Positions 1-9,801 of a stretch of DNA of 64,000 bases are shown here, in pieces. Each line of letters opens with the position of its first letter. Position 1 is the first letter of the stretch. This stretch comes from Nitrospirota bacterium (GTDB lineage Bacteria > Nitrospirota > UBA9217), in assembly GCA_963754875.1 (NCBI GenBank), contig CAVWHO010000015.1, forward strand, positions 138,201-202,200, in the 5' to 3' direction. Below the pieces are notes generated by a model. That model did not search any database. It was not told the DNA's origin and saw only the letters and a program-made list of their open reading frames with translations. The translations under genes and the position numbers were made by a program.

Positions 1-2
1 TC

Positions 3-1682
3 CTGATCCTGGTGGTCATCAACTTCGTGGTCATCACCAAGGGTTCGGGCAGGATCGCCGAGGTCGCGGCCCGGTTCGTCCTCGACGCCATGCCCGGCAA
101 ACAGATGGCCATCGATGCCGACTTAAACGCAGGCATCATCAATGAAGCAGAGGCCCGGCGCCGCCGGTCTCAGGTCGCGCAGGAGGCGGATTTCTACGGA
201 GCTATGGACGGCGCCTCCAAGTTCGTACGCGGTGACGCCATTGCCGGCCTGATCATTACCAGCATCAACATCATCGGCGGGTTAGCCATCGGCACTCTCC
301 AGCAGGGCATGCCCTTCGTCGAAGCGCTCAAAACCTACACCGTCCTGACCATCGGAGACGGCCTCGTTGCCCAGATCCCGGCACTCCTCATCTCCACGGC
401 CGCCGGCATGGTCGTCTCCCGCGCCGGTTCCGATGCAGACATGGGCAAGGACATCTCCAAACAGCTCTTCGTCAACCCAAAGGTGCTGCTCACGACCGCG
501 GGCATCATGGCCGTGCTCGGCATGGTCCCTGGTTTGCCGCACATTCCTTTCTTCCTTCTTTCTGCGGCATCGGGGGGCCTCGCCTATGCCCTCGGACAGG
601 GCGCGGTGGAGGAAAAGGCGGCCGCGGAGCTGCACAAGGTGGAAGCGCCGCCTCAGGAAGCTCCCATTGAGACGTTTATCGAGCTCGAACCTCTCACATT
701 TGAAATCGGCTACGGTCTCATCCCGCTCGTGGAAGGCGGCAAGGCTGAGCTCCTGAGCAAGATCAAGGCCATGCGCCGACAGCTGGCTTCCGATCTCGGG
801 TTCGTCGTTCCGTCGATCCATATCAAGGACAACCTGCAGCTCAGGCCCCACGAATACACGCTTTTGATCCGCGGCATCGAAGTGGCGCGCGGCGAAGTCA
901 TGATGGGATATCACCTGGCCGTTCCCGCCGCAGACGCCCAGAAGATCGAGGGTATTCCCACGAAGGAGCCGGCGTTCGGCTTGCCTGCATACTGGATCAG
1001 CGACCGCGACGTGGAACAGGCGCGGGCCAGAGGATATATGGTCGTCGATCCGGCCACGGCCATCGTCACGCACCTCACGGAACTCATCAAGGCGCATGCC
1101 TGGGAGCTGATCACGAGGACCGAGGTACAGAACCTGCTCGACAGCGTGTCGAAAAACTATCCCAAGCTCGTGGATGAGCTCATTCCGGCAAGCCTCAGTC
1201 TCGGCGGTCTCCAGCGAGTGCTCCAGAACCTGCTCAAGGAGCGCGTTCCGATCAACGACCTGATCACGATTCTTGAAACGCTCGTCGACCATGCGCCTGC
1301 GACCAAAGACACCGAACTCCTGACGGAAGCCGTGCGCCAGTCGCTCTCGCGGTTCATCACCAAACAGTATATCGCCTCGGACGGCGGCCTCCACGCGATG
1401 ACCCTCGACCCGCGCTTTGAGCGGGCACTGATCCAGGCCACCGAGTCCGGCGGGGCCATCAGCCCTGAAGTCGTAACGAAGCTCATGAAGTCGCTGGAAA
1501 AAGCCATTGCGAATGAACGCAATCGGGGCCTCCAGCCCATCATCCTCTGTTCCACCCAGGCGCGGCGGTTCCTGAAAAAGATCACCGATCGGTTCCTTTC
1601 TTCGCTGGTCGTGCTGTCGAATGCCGAGCTGGCGCCGAGCGTGCGGCTCTATACTACCGGAGTGTTGAAATATGAAGATTAA
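3..1682 (+). CDS. flhA: Flagellar export gate protein FlhA (5' end lies outside the window)
   Basis: FHIPEP motifs RIAEVAARFVLDAMPGKQMAIDADL and DFYGAMDGASKFVRGDAIAG; followed by flhF. Confidence 0.98.
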   Translation: MILVVINFVVITKGSGRIAEVAARFVLDAMPGKQMAIDADLNAGIINEAEARRRRSQVAQEADFYGAMDGASKFVRGDAIAGLIITSINIIGGLAIGTLQQGMPFVEALKTYTVLTIGDGLVAQIPALLISTAAGMVVSRAGSDADMGKDISKQLFVNPKVLLTTAGIMAVLGMVPGLPHIPFFLLSAASGGLAYALGQGAVEEKAAAELHKVEAPPQEAPIETFIELEPLTFEIGYGLIPLVEGGKAELLSKIKAMRRQLASDLGFVVPSIHIKDNLQLRPHEYTLLIRGIEVARGEVMMGYHLAVPAADAQKIEGIPTKEPAFGLPAYWISDRDVEQARARGYMVVDPATAIVTHLTELIKAHAWELITRTEVQNLLDSVSKNYPKLVDELIPASLSLGGLQRVLQNLLKERVPINDLITILETLVDHAPATKDTELLTEAVRQSLSRFITKQYIASDGGLHAMTLDPRFERALIQATESGGAISPEVVTKLMKSLEKAIANERNRGLQPIILCSTQARRFLKKITDRFLSSLVVLSNAELAPSVRLYTTGVLKYED

Positions 1683-2808
1683 GAAATTTACCGCCAGAAC
1701 ATTTTCCGAGGCCCTCGCACTGGTCAAGAAAGAACTGAGCCAGGACGCCATCATTTTATCTACGGAAGAAAAGAAAGGTTTGCGGCCCCACGTCGAGGTC
1801 ACGGCGGCCGTGGATTATGATGCCGCGGAAGTCCGCGAAGTTCGGAGTTCCGGGTTCGGAGTTCAAAGTGAACTGCAGAAACTACAACCCAAAACTCACA
1901 ACTCACAACTAAAAACTGACTCGTCCCCCCGTCCCGTACGGGTCACCCCCTACAGCATGACGCCGGCGATCGATGATGCGGCCGACGACCTCAAGAGCGA
2001 GATCGCCGGTCTCCGGCTGATGATCGAATCCATGAAGAACAACGGCTACGAGGTGTCCCTGCCGTCAAAAAAACGCGCCATGATGACGTTTCTCAGGGAA
2101 CGGTCGATCCGCGAGGAATTCGCCCTTCGCCTCTGCGACCGAACCACGAACATCGACGAGCTCCCGCTCATGGTCTCGGCCGACATCAAGATCAAACGGC
2201 AGGGCGGCTCCCGCAAGGCCGTCATGCTGGTGGGCCCCACGGGCGTTGGTAAAACCACGACGCTGGCCAAGCTCGCGGCCCAGGCCGTCAAGGCCGGGAA
2301 AAAAGCCGCCATCATCAATCTCGACACGTACCGGATCGGCGCCGTGGAGCAGGTGCGGATCTATTCGCGGATCCTCGGCATTCCCCTGACGACGGCCCAT
2401 ACCGGGGAAGAATTCAAAAGCACCCTCGCCAAATACGCCGAAAGCCGGGATATCGTGTTCATCGACACGACGGGGAGAAATCCCCGGGACGAAGCTTACA
2501 TCGAGAGCATTGCCGGGCTCTGCAATTCCGACGTGCCCCTGGAGCTCCACCTTCTCATGGGCGCGAACGTCGACGATGAATCGATGATTGAGGCGTACCG
2601 CTCGTACCGGAAGCTCCCCATAGACTACCTCACGTTTACCAAGGTGGACGAGGCCGTACGCTTCGGGTCCCTGTACAACATTCTCATCACCTATCAGAAG
2701 CCGGTTGCCTATCTCACGACGGGCCAGCGTGTCCCCGGCGACATCGAAGCCGCGACGGTCAACAGGCTGGCAGGGCTCATCGTGAAGAAGGAGTGTTATT
2801 CATGCTGA
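1672..2808 (+). CDS. flhF: Flagellar biosynthesis SRP-family GTPase FlhF
   Basis: N-terminal MKIKKF; GPTGVGKTTT, DTYRIGA, DTTG and TKVDE motifs; lies between flhA and flhG. Confidence 0.97.
   Translation: MKIKKFTARTFSEALALVKKELSQDAIILSTEEKKGLRPHVEVTAAVDYDAAEVREVRSSGFGVQSELQKLQPKTHNSQLKTDSSPRPVRVTPYSMTPAIDDAADDLKSEIAGLRLMIESMKNNGYEVSLPSKKRAMMTFLRERSIREEFALRLCDRTTNIDELPLMVSADIKIKRQGGSRKAVMLVGPTGVGKTTTLAKLAAQAVKAGKKAAIINLDTYRIGAVEQVRIYSRILGIPLTTAHTGEEFKSTLAKYAESRDIVFIDTTGRNPRDEAYIESIAGLCNSDVPLELHLLMGANVDDESMIEAYRSYRKLPIDYLTFTKVDEAVRFGSLYNILITYQKPVAYLTTGQRVPGDIEAATVNRLAGLIVKKECYSC
1839..1917. repeat. In-frame heptamer-repeat palindrome inside flhF
   Basis: Left arm AGTTCGG AGTTCCG GGTTCGG AGTTCAA; right arm of roughly complementary 7-mers ACTACAA CCCAAAA CTCACAA CTCACAA CTAAAAA CT. 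Confidence 0.7.
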
Positions 2809-3653
2809 CGGAACCGCTGCAAAACAAGAAATACGTAAAGACCATCGCGATCGCCAGCGGCAAGGGCGGCGTGGGCAAAACTAACATCGCGGCCAGTCTC
2901 GCCATCGCCTTGAGCAAGCTCGGGAAAAAAGTCGTTATCGTGGACGCCGACCTCGGACTCTCCAACATCAATATATTGCTGAACAAGCATGCAACGTATA
3001 ACATCGGCCACCTGCTTGACGGGTCGATCACGCTCAAGGACATCCTTATCGACGGGCCGCAGGGCGTCAAAATCCTGCCCGCCGGGGAAGGCGTCCAGGA
3101 CCTGACCCGCCTTGACGAGTTCCAGCGGCTCAAAATCCTCGACGCCTTCGATTCCTACGACGGCGATATCGACATCATGCTCATCGACAATTCAGCAGGC
3201 ATTTCGGAGAATGTGACCTTCTTCTGTTCCGCTGCGCAGGACCTCATCATTGTGACGACGCCGGAGCCGACCGCATGGGTCGACGCCTATCACCTGATCA
3301 AAGTCCTCTACACGGAATACCAGGAGAACAAGTTTCACGTGCTCGTGAACGCCGTGAAAAACGAAGAGGAAGCCGACGATGTGTTTCAGAGACTCGCGCA
3401 AGCGACGGACCGGTTTCTGAACATTTCCCTCGACTACCTGGGCTACCTCCCCTATGACGAGGACGTCAAGAAGGCGGTACGTTCGCAGGCCGCATTTATC
3501 GACCTCTATCCCAAGAAATTCATTTCCAAGTGCGTTAACGAGATTGCGGCAACGCTGATCGACCGGCCGCAGAAAGTCAAGGGCTCGCTGCAGTTTTTCA
3601 TCGGCAATCTGCTTTCGGCCCGCGTAGATCCGGCCCGGGAACAGGTGCGTTAG
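2802..3653 (+). CDS. flhG: MinD/ParA-family flagellar number regulator FlhG/FleN
   Basis: Deviant Walker A SGKGGVGKT; DADLGLSN; position between flhF and fliA. Confidence 0.95.
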   Translation: MLTEPLQNKKYVKTIAIASGKGGVGKTNIAASLAIALSKLGKKVVIVDADLGLSNINILLNKHATYNIGHLLDGSITLKDILIDGPQGVKILPAGEGVQDLTRLDEFQRLKILDAFDSYDGDIDIMLIDNSAGISENVTFFCSAAQDLIIVTTPEPTAWVDAYHLIKVLYTEYQENKFHVLVNAVKNEEEADDVFQRLAQATDRFLNISLDYLGYLPYDEDVKKAVRSQAAFIDLYPKKFISKCVNEIAATLIDRPQKVKGSLQFFIGNLLSARVDPAREQVR

Positions 3654-3691
3654 GAGCAATGCGAAACAATCAAAATGGAGAGGGTGCGACG

Positions 3692-4429
3692 ATGACAGAT
3701 TATAAAGTTGAAATGAGCGAAGCGGAGAAGGAGAAGATCATTAACGATTCCCTTCCCTTTATCAAGTATACGGCCTATCGGCTGGCACACCGCCTACCGC
3801 CCCAGCTTGCGGTAAACGACCTCATCAGCGTCGGGATCGTGGGCCTGTTGGACGCGCTCCAGCGCTATACCGAAGGCCGCGTAAAGCTCAATACGTTTGT
3901 GGAATACCGGATCAAGGGAGCCATGCTCGACGAACTGCGGTCCCACGACTGGGTGCCGCGGTCGCTCAAGACCAAGATCGGCCAGATCAGAAAAACGCAC
4001 CGCGAACTGGAGCAGGACCTCGGTCGCATGCCCCGTGAGGAAGAGATCGCGGAGCGGCTTGAGATCACCCTCGACGAATATTTCCGGACCGTCCAGAGCG
4101 CCAGCAACGCCGTCGTGTTCAGCTTCGAGGATTTCCGGGACAAGATGTATGAAGAGAGCGATATGGACGTGATGGAATGCATCCCGGACCCGGACGCGAA
4201 GAACCCGCTCGAACTCCTTGAAGAGAGCAGTTCGAAGGAAGCCCTTGCCCAGCTCATCGAACGCCTGCCGGAAAAAGAGAAGCTCATTCTGTCGCTGTAC
4301 TACTGGGACGAAATGACGATGAAGGAAATCGGCAAAGTCTTGCATTTGACCGAGGGACGGGTGTGCCAGCTCCACAACCAGGCGCTCATCAGGTTGAAGG
4401 CCCAAATCAACCTTCCCGTCCACCGCTAG
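3692..4429 (+). CDS. fliA: RNA polymerase sigma-28 factor FliA/WhiG
   Basis: YRIKGAMLDELRSHDWVPRS; region 4 TMKEIGKVLHLTEGRVCQLH; RBS GGAGAGGG upstream of ATG 3692. Confidence 0.97.
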   Translation: MTDYKVEMSEAEKEKIINDSLPFIKYTAYRLAHRLPPQLAVNDLISVGIVGLLDALQRYTEGRVKLNTFVEYRIKGAMLDELRSHDWVPRSLKTKIGQIRKTHRELEQDLGRMPREEEIAERLEITLDEYFRTVQSASNAVVFSFEDFRDKMYEESDMDVMECIPDPDAKNPLELLEESSSKEALAQLIERLPEKEKLILSLYYWDEMTMKEIGKVLHLTEGRVCQLHNQALIRLKAQINLPVHR

Positions 4430-4477
4430 TCCTGTTATTTCCCCCGCCCTGCAGATTCTCTTCCGGCCCGTGCGGGC

Positions 4478-4505
4478 TAAAGAAATATTTGTTTTGTGAC
4501 GATAA
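4478..4505 (+). promoter_or_regulatory. Putative sigma-28 promoter of the chemotaxis operon
   Basis: TAAA-N16-GACGATAA (one mismatch to GCCGATAA), 21 nt before the HEAT gene. Confidence 0.65.
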
Positions 4506-4526
4506 GAGCACTACTGAGGTCTATGC

Positions 4527-6377
4527 ATGAAACCAACCGAGGAACTTTCTACAGCGATACGGGACCTTGCGGCTCCCGATCCGTCGGCGCGGCGCATTGC
4601 CGCGGAAGCGCTGGCAACAGCGGATGAGCGGGCCATCTACCCGCTCATCCGGTCTCTCCGCGACGAAAACCCCGGCGTGCAGGACGCGGCCATGCGCTCC
4701 CTCATCGCGATCGGCGGCGAAGTGACGGCATACATGACGCTGCCGCTCCTGCGGGAAAGCCCTTTTCTCCGGAATACCGCGCGCATCATTCTGAGCCAGA
4801 TCGGCATACCCGCGGTCCCGCTCCTGCGCTCTCTGCTCGCCGACAAGGATGACGACATCCGGACCTTCGCGGTGGACCTTATTTCGAACATCGGCTCCTG
4901 CGATTTTCCGGAAGAGCTTGCGCGTTTGCTCGAGACGGATCCGAACCAGAATGTGAGGGCTTCCGCTGCCAAGGCGCTGGGAATGCTCGGATACCGCGGC
5001 GGCCTGCAGGCGCTGATTAACGCGCTCAAGGACAGCGAATGGGTCTGTTTTTCCGCCCTCGAATCCCTCGCCCACCTCAACGACGACGCGTGCGTGGAGC
5101 CGGTCCTTGCCCTGCTGCAGGGTCCCTCGGAAACGGTGCGGTATGCGGCGATCGAAACGCTCGGCAGGATGGGCACCAACCGGGCAGTCGATTCTTTGAT
5201 TGGCCTCCTCCCGAAGTCAAACGATATGGAAAAATCCGCAATCGTGAAGAGCCTTGTCCAGATCGGCATCACTCCGGCCATGGCCCAGGTCGCCGATCTG
5301 CTGGTCGACCTGTACGTAAAGGGAGAATGGGACGACCGTCTCCTCGCGCTCACGGGGCTTGCCGATCTGCGACACGAGCAGGCACTACCGGTCATTCTGG
5401 ACAGCGCCGGCTCTCTCGACCCCTCGGCCCCGGAAAGCGAAGATCGGCTCTTCGCGGTGAAGCAGGCGCTCCTCCGGTTCGGTTGTGCTCCCCCGTTGAT
5501 CGCAGCCCTTGCCGACCCGGCGGTACGGTTCCGTGCAAAGACAATCGCCATTGAAGTCATCGCCGAACTCCGGTGCCCGGAGGCGGTTCCACCGTTGCTC
5601 CGGATTATGGACGGGGACCTGCGCGAGGTGCGTCGGTCCGCCGTTCTTGCGCTCGCGGAAATGCCGGGAGATGAGGCGCTCCAGGCGCTTAGGAAATGCA
5701 TCGAGGACCGCGACGGTCACGTCCGCAACGTGGCCCTTTCCGCTCTCGGCAGGATCGGCGACCAGGCGTCATTCGACCGTCTCTTCCGCCACCTCGATCT
5801 CGAAAATTACCGGGACGTGCTCGAAGAAACGGTCAAAGCTCTCCTGATGATCGATGCAAACCGGCTCTTCTCCTCTCTGGACGCCCTTTCGCCGAGGGTA
5901 AAGGAAATACTCGGACGGAACGCCCGGAATGTCGACGTCCTCCTTACCCTGTCCCGCGACCGGGAACCCGGCATCCGTCTCGCCGCGCTTACGGGTCTCG
6001 GCCGGGTCCAGGACGAGCGTGCCCGCAAGCGGCTGTCCGAGGCGCTTGCCGAAGGGGACCCGGAAATGAGGAAGGCCGCCGTTCTGGCGCTGGGCGCGCT
6101 GCACTGCTCCGTCGACGATATGAAGCAGGCGCTCGCAGACAGCGATATGTGGGTAAGGCTCTATGTGGTCAAGGCGCTGGGGGACTCGCAGGACCCGGCT
6201 GCGGCCGCGGCCGTCCTTCCGTTGCTCACAGACAAGGATGTCCCCGTCGTTCTCTCGGCGATCGATGCTTTGGTCCAGCTGGGCAGTGCAAATCCGGCCG
6301 CGCTGCGTGCTCTCCAAGACCATGGCGATGAAACAGTACGGCAACGCGCAGCGGGCGCAATGGAGCGTTTATGCTGA
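4527..6377 (+). CDS. HEAT/PBS-lyase-like repeat protein leading the che operon
   Basis: Many L..LL.D.D..VR..A..ALG repeats over 616 aa; overlaps the cheR start. Confidence 0.9.
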   Translation: MKPTEELSTAIRDLAAPDPSARRIAAEALATADERAIYPLIRSLRDENPGVQDAAMRSLIAIGGEVTAYMTLPLLRESPFLRNTARIILSQIGIPAVPLLRSLLADKDDDIRTFAVDLISNIGSCDFPEELARLLETDPNQNVRASAAKALGMLGYRGGLQALINALKDSEWVCFSALESLAHLNDDACVEPVLALLQGPSETVRYAAIETLGRMGTNRAVDSLIGLLPKSNDMEKSAIVKSLVQIGITPAMAQVADLLVDLYVKGEWDDRLLALTGLADLRHEQALPVILDSAGSLDPSAPESEDRLFAVKQALLRFGCAPPLIAALADPAVRFRAKTIAIEVIAELRCPEAVPPLLRIMDGDLREVRRSAVLALAEMPGDEALQALRKCIEDRDGHVRNVALSALGRIGDQASFDRLFRHLDLENYRDVLEETVKALLMIDANRLFSSLDALSPRVKEILGRNARNVDVLLTLSRDREPGIRLAALTGLGRVQDERARKRLSEALAEGDPEMRKAAVLALGALHCSVDDMKQALADSDMWVRLYVVKALGDSQDPAAAAAVLPLLTDKDVPVVLSAIDALVQLGSANPAALRALQDHGDETVRQRAAGAMERLC

Positions 6378-7189
6378 ACCCGGTGTTGCCGGACATGGTC
6401 TTCAAACAGATCAGGGATTTCATCTACGAGAAATGCGGAATCTACATTTCCGATGCAAAAAAGTATCTCGTCGAAAAAAAACTCGTCACGCGTCTTCAGC
6501 AGAAAAACCTGAACACCTTCGAGGACTATCTCTCTCTGCTGAAATACAGCAGCAACGGCGACGAGCTCTCGAAGCTCTACGACGCCATAACCACGAACGA
6601 GACCTATTTTTTTCGGGAGCCGCAGCAGTTGGCGGTCTGCGTCGACACGGTAATCCCGCAGGTGATGGAACAGAAAAAGTCCAGGGACATCAGGATCTGG
6701 TCTGCAGCCTGCTCCACCGGAGAAGAAGCATATACGCTGGTCATGATGCTCCTGGAAAAAAAGAGCTGTACCCGTATCGACGTGGTCGGTTCGGACATCA
6801 GCAACGAAGTGCTGGAGTCGGCAAAAAAAGCCGTATACGGTTCCTACTCCATGAGAAACGTGGCGGAGCCGTTCTTGAAAAAATATTTCCGCAGCAACGG
6901 CTGGACCCACGAGCTTGATGCGTCGGTCAAAAGCATGGTCAGGTTCACGAACATCAACCTTATCGATCCCGGCAAAATGCGGACCCTTCAGGCCATGGAC
7001 GTCATCTTCTGCCGGAACGTGCTCATCTATTTCGATGACAAGGCAAAGCAAAGAGCGGTCTCACTGCTCTATGACAGCCTGCGGCCCGGCGGATTCCTCT
7101 TTATCGGCTCGTCGGAAAGCCTCCACAGCGTCACGAGGGCGTTTAAACCGGCCATATTCGGCAAGGTCGTTGCCTATCAGAAGGTGTGA
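6371..7189 (+). CDS. cheR: Chemotaxis methyltransferase CheR
   Basis: TTNETYFFRE, IWSAACSTGEEAY, IFCRNVLIYF, GFLFIGSSESL. Confidence 0.97.
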   Translation: MLNPVLPDMVFKQIRDFIYEKCGIYISDAKKYLVEKKLVTRLQQKNLNTFEDYLSLLKYSSNGDELSKLYDAITTNETYFFREPQQLAVCVDTVIPQVMEQKKSRDIRIWSAACSTGEEAYTLVMMLLEKKSCTRIDVVGSDISNEVLESAKKAVYGSYSMRNVAEPFLKKYFRSNGWTHELDASVKSMVRFTNINLIDPGKMRTLQAMDVIFCRNVLIYFDDKAKQRAVSLLYDSLRPGGFLFIGSSESLHSVTRAFKPAIFGKVVAYQKV

Positions 7190-7190
7190 T

Positions 7191-7583
7191 ATGAAAATAC
7201 TGATCGTAGACGATGATTCAACGACAAGAAAACTACTCGGGCTGTTCCTGAGGTCCAAGGGATACGAGGTGGCTTATGCGGAAAACGGCATCGACGGCCT
7301 CGAAAAACTCGGCCAAGAAAACCCCAATATGATCATCAGCGATCTCAACATGCCCTATATGGACGGCATCGAGTTTGTAAAAAGTGTGCGGTCCGATCCG
7401 GCCCGTGCGGAGCTCCCCATTTTGATGGTGACGACCGAGGGGGACCCCGAGGAACGGGAACGCGCGCTCTCGGTCGGCGTCAACGGCTACCTGGTCAAGC
7501 CGGTGACCGCCGAAGTGGTGATCCAGCATATCCGGCATATATTGAAGAACATGTTCGCGCAAGGAGGAGGTTCCCATGCCTGA
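7191..7583 (+). CDS. Single-domain CheY-like response regulator
   Basis: [23 protein letters not shown]; real start ATG 7191 lies within the 6915 ORF. Confidence 0.92.
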   Translation: MKILIVDDDSTTRKLLGLFLRSKGYEVAYAENGIDGLEKLGQENPNMIISDLNMPYMDGIEFVKSVRSDPARAELPILMVTTEGDPEERERALSVGVNGYLVKPVTAEVVIQHIRHILKNMFAQGGGSHA

Positions 7584-7968
7584 TTATAAGATGAAGATCC
7601 TCGTGGTCGATGATTTTTCGACCATGCGTCGGATCGTTAAAAACGTCCTGAAGCAGCTCGGCTTCGAGAACATCGACGAGGCAGAGGATGGCGCGCAGGC
7701 GCTCGCAAAATTAAAAAGCGGCAGCTATGGTTTTGTCGTGACCGACTGGAACATGCCGAACATGGACGGTCTCGACTTTTTCAAGGCCGCGCGTGCGGAG
7801 CCGAATCTCAAGGAGCTCCCCTTCCTGATGGTGACCGCGGAAGCGGAAAAGGAAAAGGTCATCATGGCGATCCAGGCAGGCGTCAACAACTACATCGTCA
7901 AACCCTTTACCGCGGAAGTGTTCAAGGAGAAAATGGACCGGATCTTCGAGAAGCTGGCGAAAAAGTAG
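7576..7968 (+). CDS. cheY: Chemotaxis response regulator CheY
   Basis: [43 protein letters not shown]. Confidence 0.96.
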   Translation: MPDYKMKILVVDDFSTMRRIVKNVLKQLGFENIDEAEDGAQALAKLKSGSYGFVVTDWNMPNMDGLDFFKAARAEPNLKELPFLMVTAEAEKEKVIMAIQAGVNNYIVKPFTAEVFKEKMDRIFEKLAKK

Positions 7969-8025
7969 CCGCGGCCGACAGGCCGCTTCGCTTGCAAGCG
8001 TGCAAGCCGATTAGCGAGGTGCAAC

Positions 8026-9801
8026 GTGCCTGATGAAATGGAAGAAATAATCGCCGAATTTGTTACCGAATCGGAAGAGACCCTCGACAAGATCGACCCC
8101 CTCTTCATCGAGCTTGAGGCGAATGGTGAAGACAAGGAAATCCTGAACCGGCTGTTCCGGAGTGTCCACACGATCAAGGGCGCCGCCGGCTTCCTGGGTT
8201 TCCAGTCCATGGTGGAAGTATCCCACAGCGCCGAAAACATCATGAAGAAGCTTCGGGACGGCGACATCACGGTCTCTCGGCAGCTCATGGACATCGTCTT
8301 GAAGAGCGTCGATATGCTGAGGCTCCTGCTCAGGCACGTCAAGGACAAGGACGGCGTTCGGGAAAATACGACGCCTCTGGTGCAGGAGCTTAACCAGGCG
8401 CTCGAAGCGGCCCTTGCGGCTGCCGGCACTGCCCCCTCTGCTGAGCCAGCTTCTGCTGTGCCTGCAGCTCCTCCCGCATCGACGGCGCCGACAGTGGTCC
8501 CCATGGAGCAGAAGAAAGCTGCTGCTGCGATGCCTGCCCCGGTCCTCCATGAGGCTGCGATTGCGGAGAGCGGCCAGCAGAGCGAGACGGCGGCGAGGCC
8601 GGAGTCGCTTCAGACGCTCCGTGTCGAAGTGAACAAGATTGACAAGGTCATGGACCTGACCGGAGAGGTCGTGCTCGTCCGGAACAGGCTCCTGAATATT
8701 GTGAGCCGGCTCGAACACCAGTACAGCGACGACCATGACGTGCAAAGCCTGCTCGAGGCCGTTTCTTTCCTCGATCTCATCACCTCCGACATGCAGCTCG
8801 GCGTCATGAAGATGCGCATGCAGCCCATCGCAAAAGTCTTCAGCAAATTTCCGCGCCTCGTGCGCGACCTTGCCGGCCCGCTGGGAAAATACGTCGACCT
8901 GAAGGTGGCCGGAGAGGACACCGAGGTCGACAAATCAGTGATCGAACAGATCGGCGATCCGATGGTGCACATCATCCGGAATGCCATCGACCACGGGCTC
9001 GAACTGCCGAAGGACCGCATGGCAAAGGGAAAATCGGAGAAAGGCACGATTTCCATCACAGCATCACAACGGGGGAACCAGATCGTCATCGAAGTGTCCG
9101 ACGACGGCCGGGGTATCGACCTCGATAAAGTAAAAGCAAAAGCGCTCCAGAAAAAACTCATCACCGAGGACGAAGCCGTCCGCATGACGGACGAGGCTGC
9201 CACCAACCTCATCTTCCTTCCCGGCTTCTCCACCGCCGAGGTGGCCACCGAGCTCTCGGGCAGGGGCGTCGGCATGGACGTGGTCAAGACGAACATCTCG
9301 AAGCTAAACGGCACCGTCGAGATCGCGACGCACAAAGATCGAGGGAGCGTGTTCACGATTCATATTCCCCTGACCCTTGCCATCATCCAGACCCTCATGG
9401 TGCGTTCCGGCAAAGCGCGCTACGCGATCCCCCTTGCGCCCGTCGAAGAAACGCTTACCGTGTCCGAGGGCGACGTGTCCGATATGGGAGGGACCGAAGC
9501 GCTCATCATCAGGGGCAAAGTATATCCCCTCTTTACCCTCTCGAGTGCGATCGGTGGCGTTCGGGACGCCAAGACCGGCTGCAAGTACGCCGTCGTGGTG
9601 GCCATAGGGGACAAGCGGTTCTGCATCGGTGTCGATGAACTCCTGGGCCAGGAAGAAGTGGTGATCAAGACCGTCTCGGGCATCAATACGGGGTCGTCGT
9701 TCATCCTCGGCGCGACCATAACAGGCGACGGGAAAGTGGTCTTCATTCTCGATCTTGCTGCCATTTCAAAGAACGCGTACAACCTTGCGCAGGTTTCATG
9801 A
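8026..9801 (+). CDS. cheA: Chemotaxis histidine kinase CheA (no evident P2 domain)
   Basis: HPt LFRSVHTIKG; dimerisation domain; HIIRNAIDHG, DDGRGI, GFSTA, SGRGVGMDVV; C-terminal CheW-like domain. Confidence 0.97.
   Translation: MPDEMEEIIAEFVTESEETLDKIDPLFIELEANGEDKEILNRLFRSVHTIKGAAGFLGFQSMVEVSHSAENIMKKLRDGDITVSRQLMDIVLKSVDMLRLLLRHVKDKDGVRENTTPLVQELNQALEAALAAAGTAPSAEPASAVPAAPPASTAPTVVPMEQKKAAAAMPAPVLHEAAIAESGQQSETAARPESLQTLRVEVNKIDKVMDLTGEVVLVRNRLLNIVSRLEHQYSDDHDVQSLLEAVSFLDLITSDMQLGVMKMRMQPIAKVFSKFPRLVRDLAGPLGKYVDLKVAGEDTEVDKSVIEQIGDPMVHIIRNAIDHGLELPKDRMAKGKSEKGTISITASQRGNQIVIEVSDDGRGIDLDKVKAKALQKKLITEDEAVRMTDEAATNLIFLPGFSTAEVATELSGRGVGMDVVKTNISKLNGTVEIATHKDRGSVFTIHIPLTLAIIQTLMVRSGKARYAIPLAPVEETLTVSEGDVSDMGGTEALIIRGKVYPLFTLSSAIGGVRDAKTGCKYAVVVAIGDKRFCIGVDELLGQEEVVIKTVSGINTGSSFILGATITGDGKVVFILDLAAISKNAYNLAQVS

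Noticed and set aside
282..1802. 506-aa minus-strand ORF and the many other long antisense or alternate-frame ORFs (e.g. 9420-10544, 11505-12680, 25207-26853, 43694-44896)
   Set aside because: Shadow ORFs opposite well-supported genes in GC-rich DNA; no recognisable motifs.
6915..7190. N-terminal extension of the 222-aa response regulator ORF
   Set aside because: It overlaps cheR out of frame; the receiver domain starts at ATG 7191.
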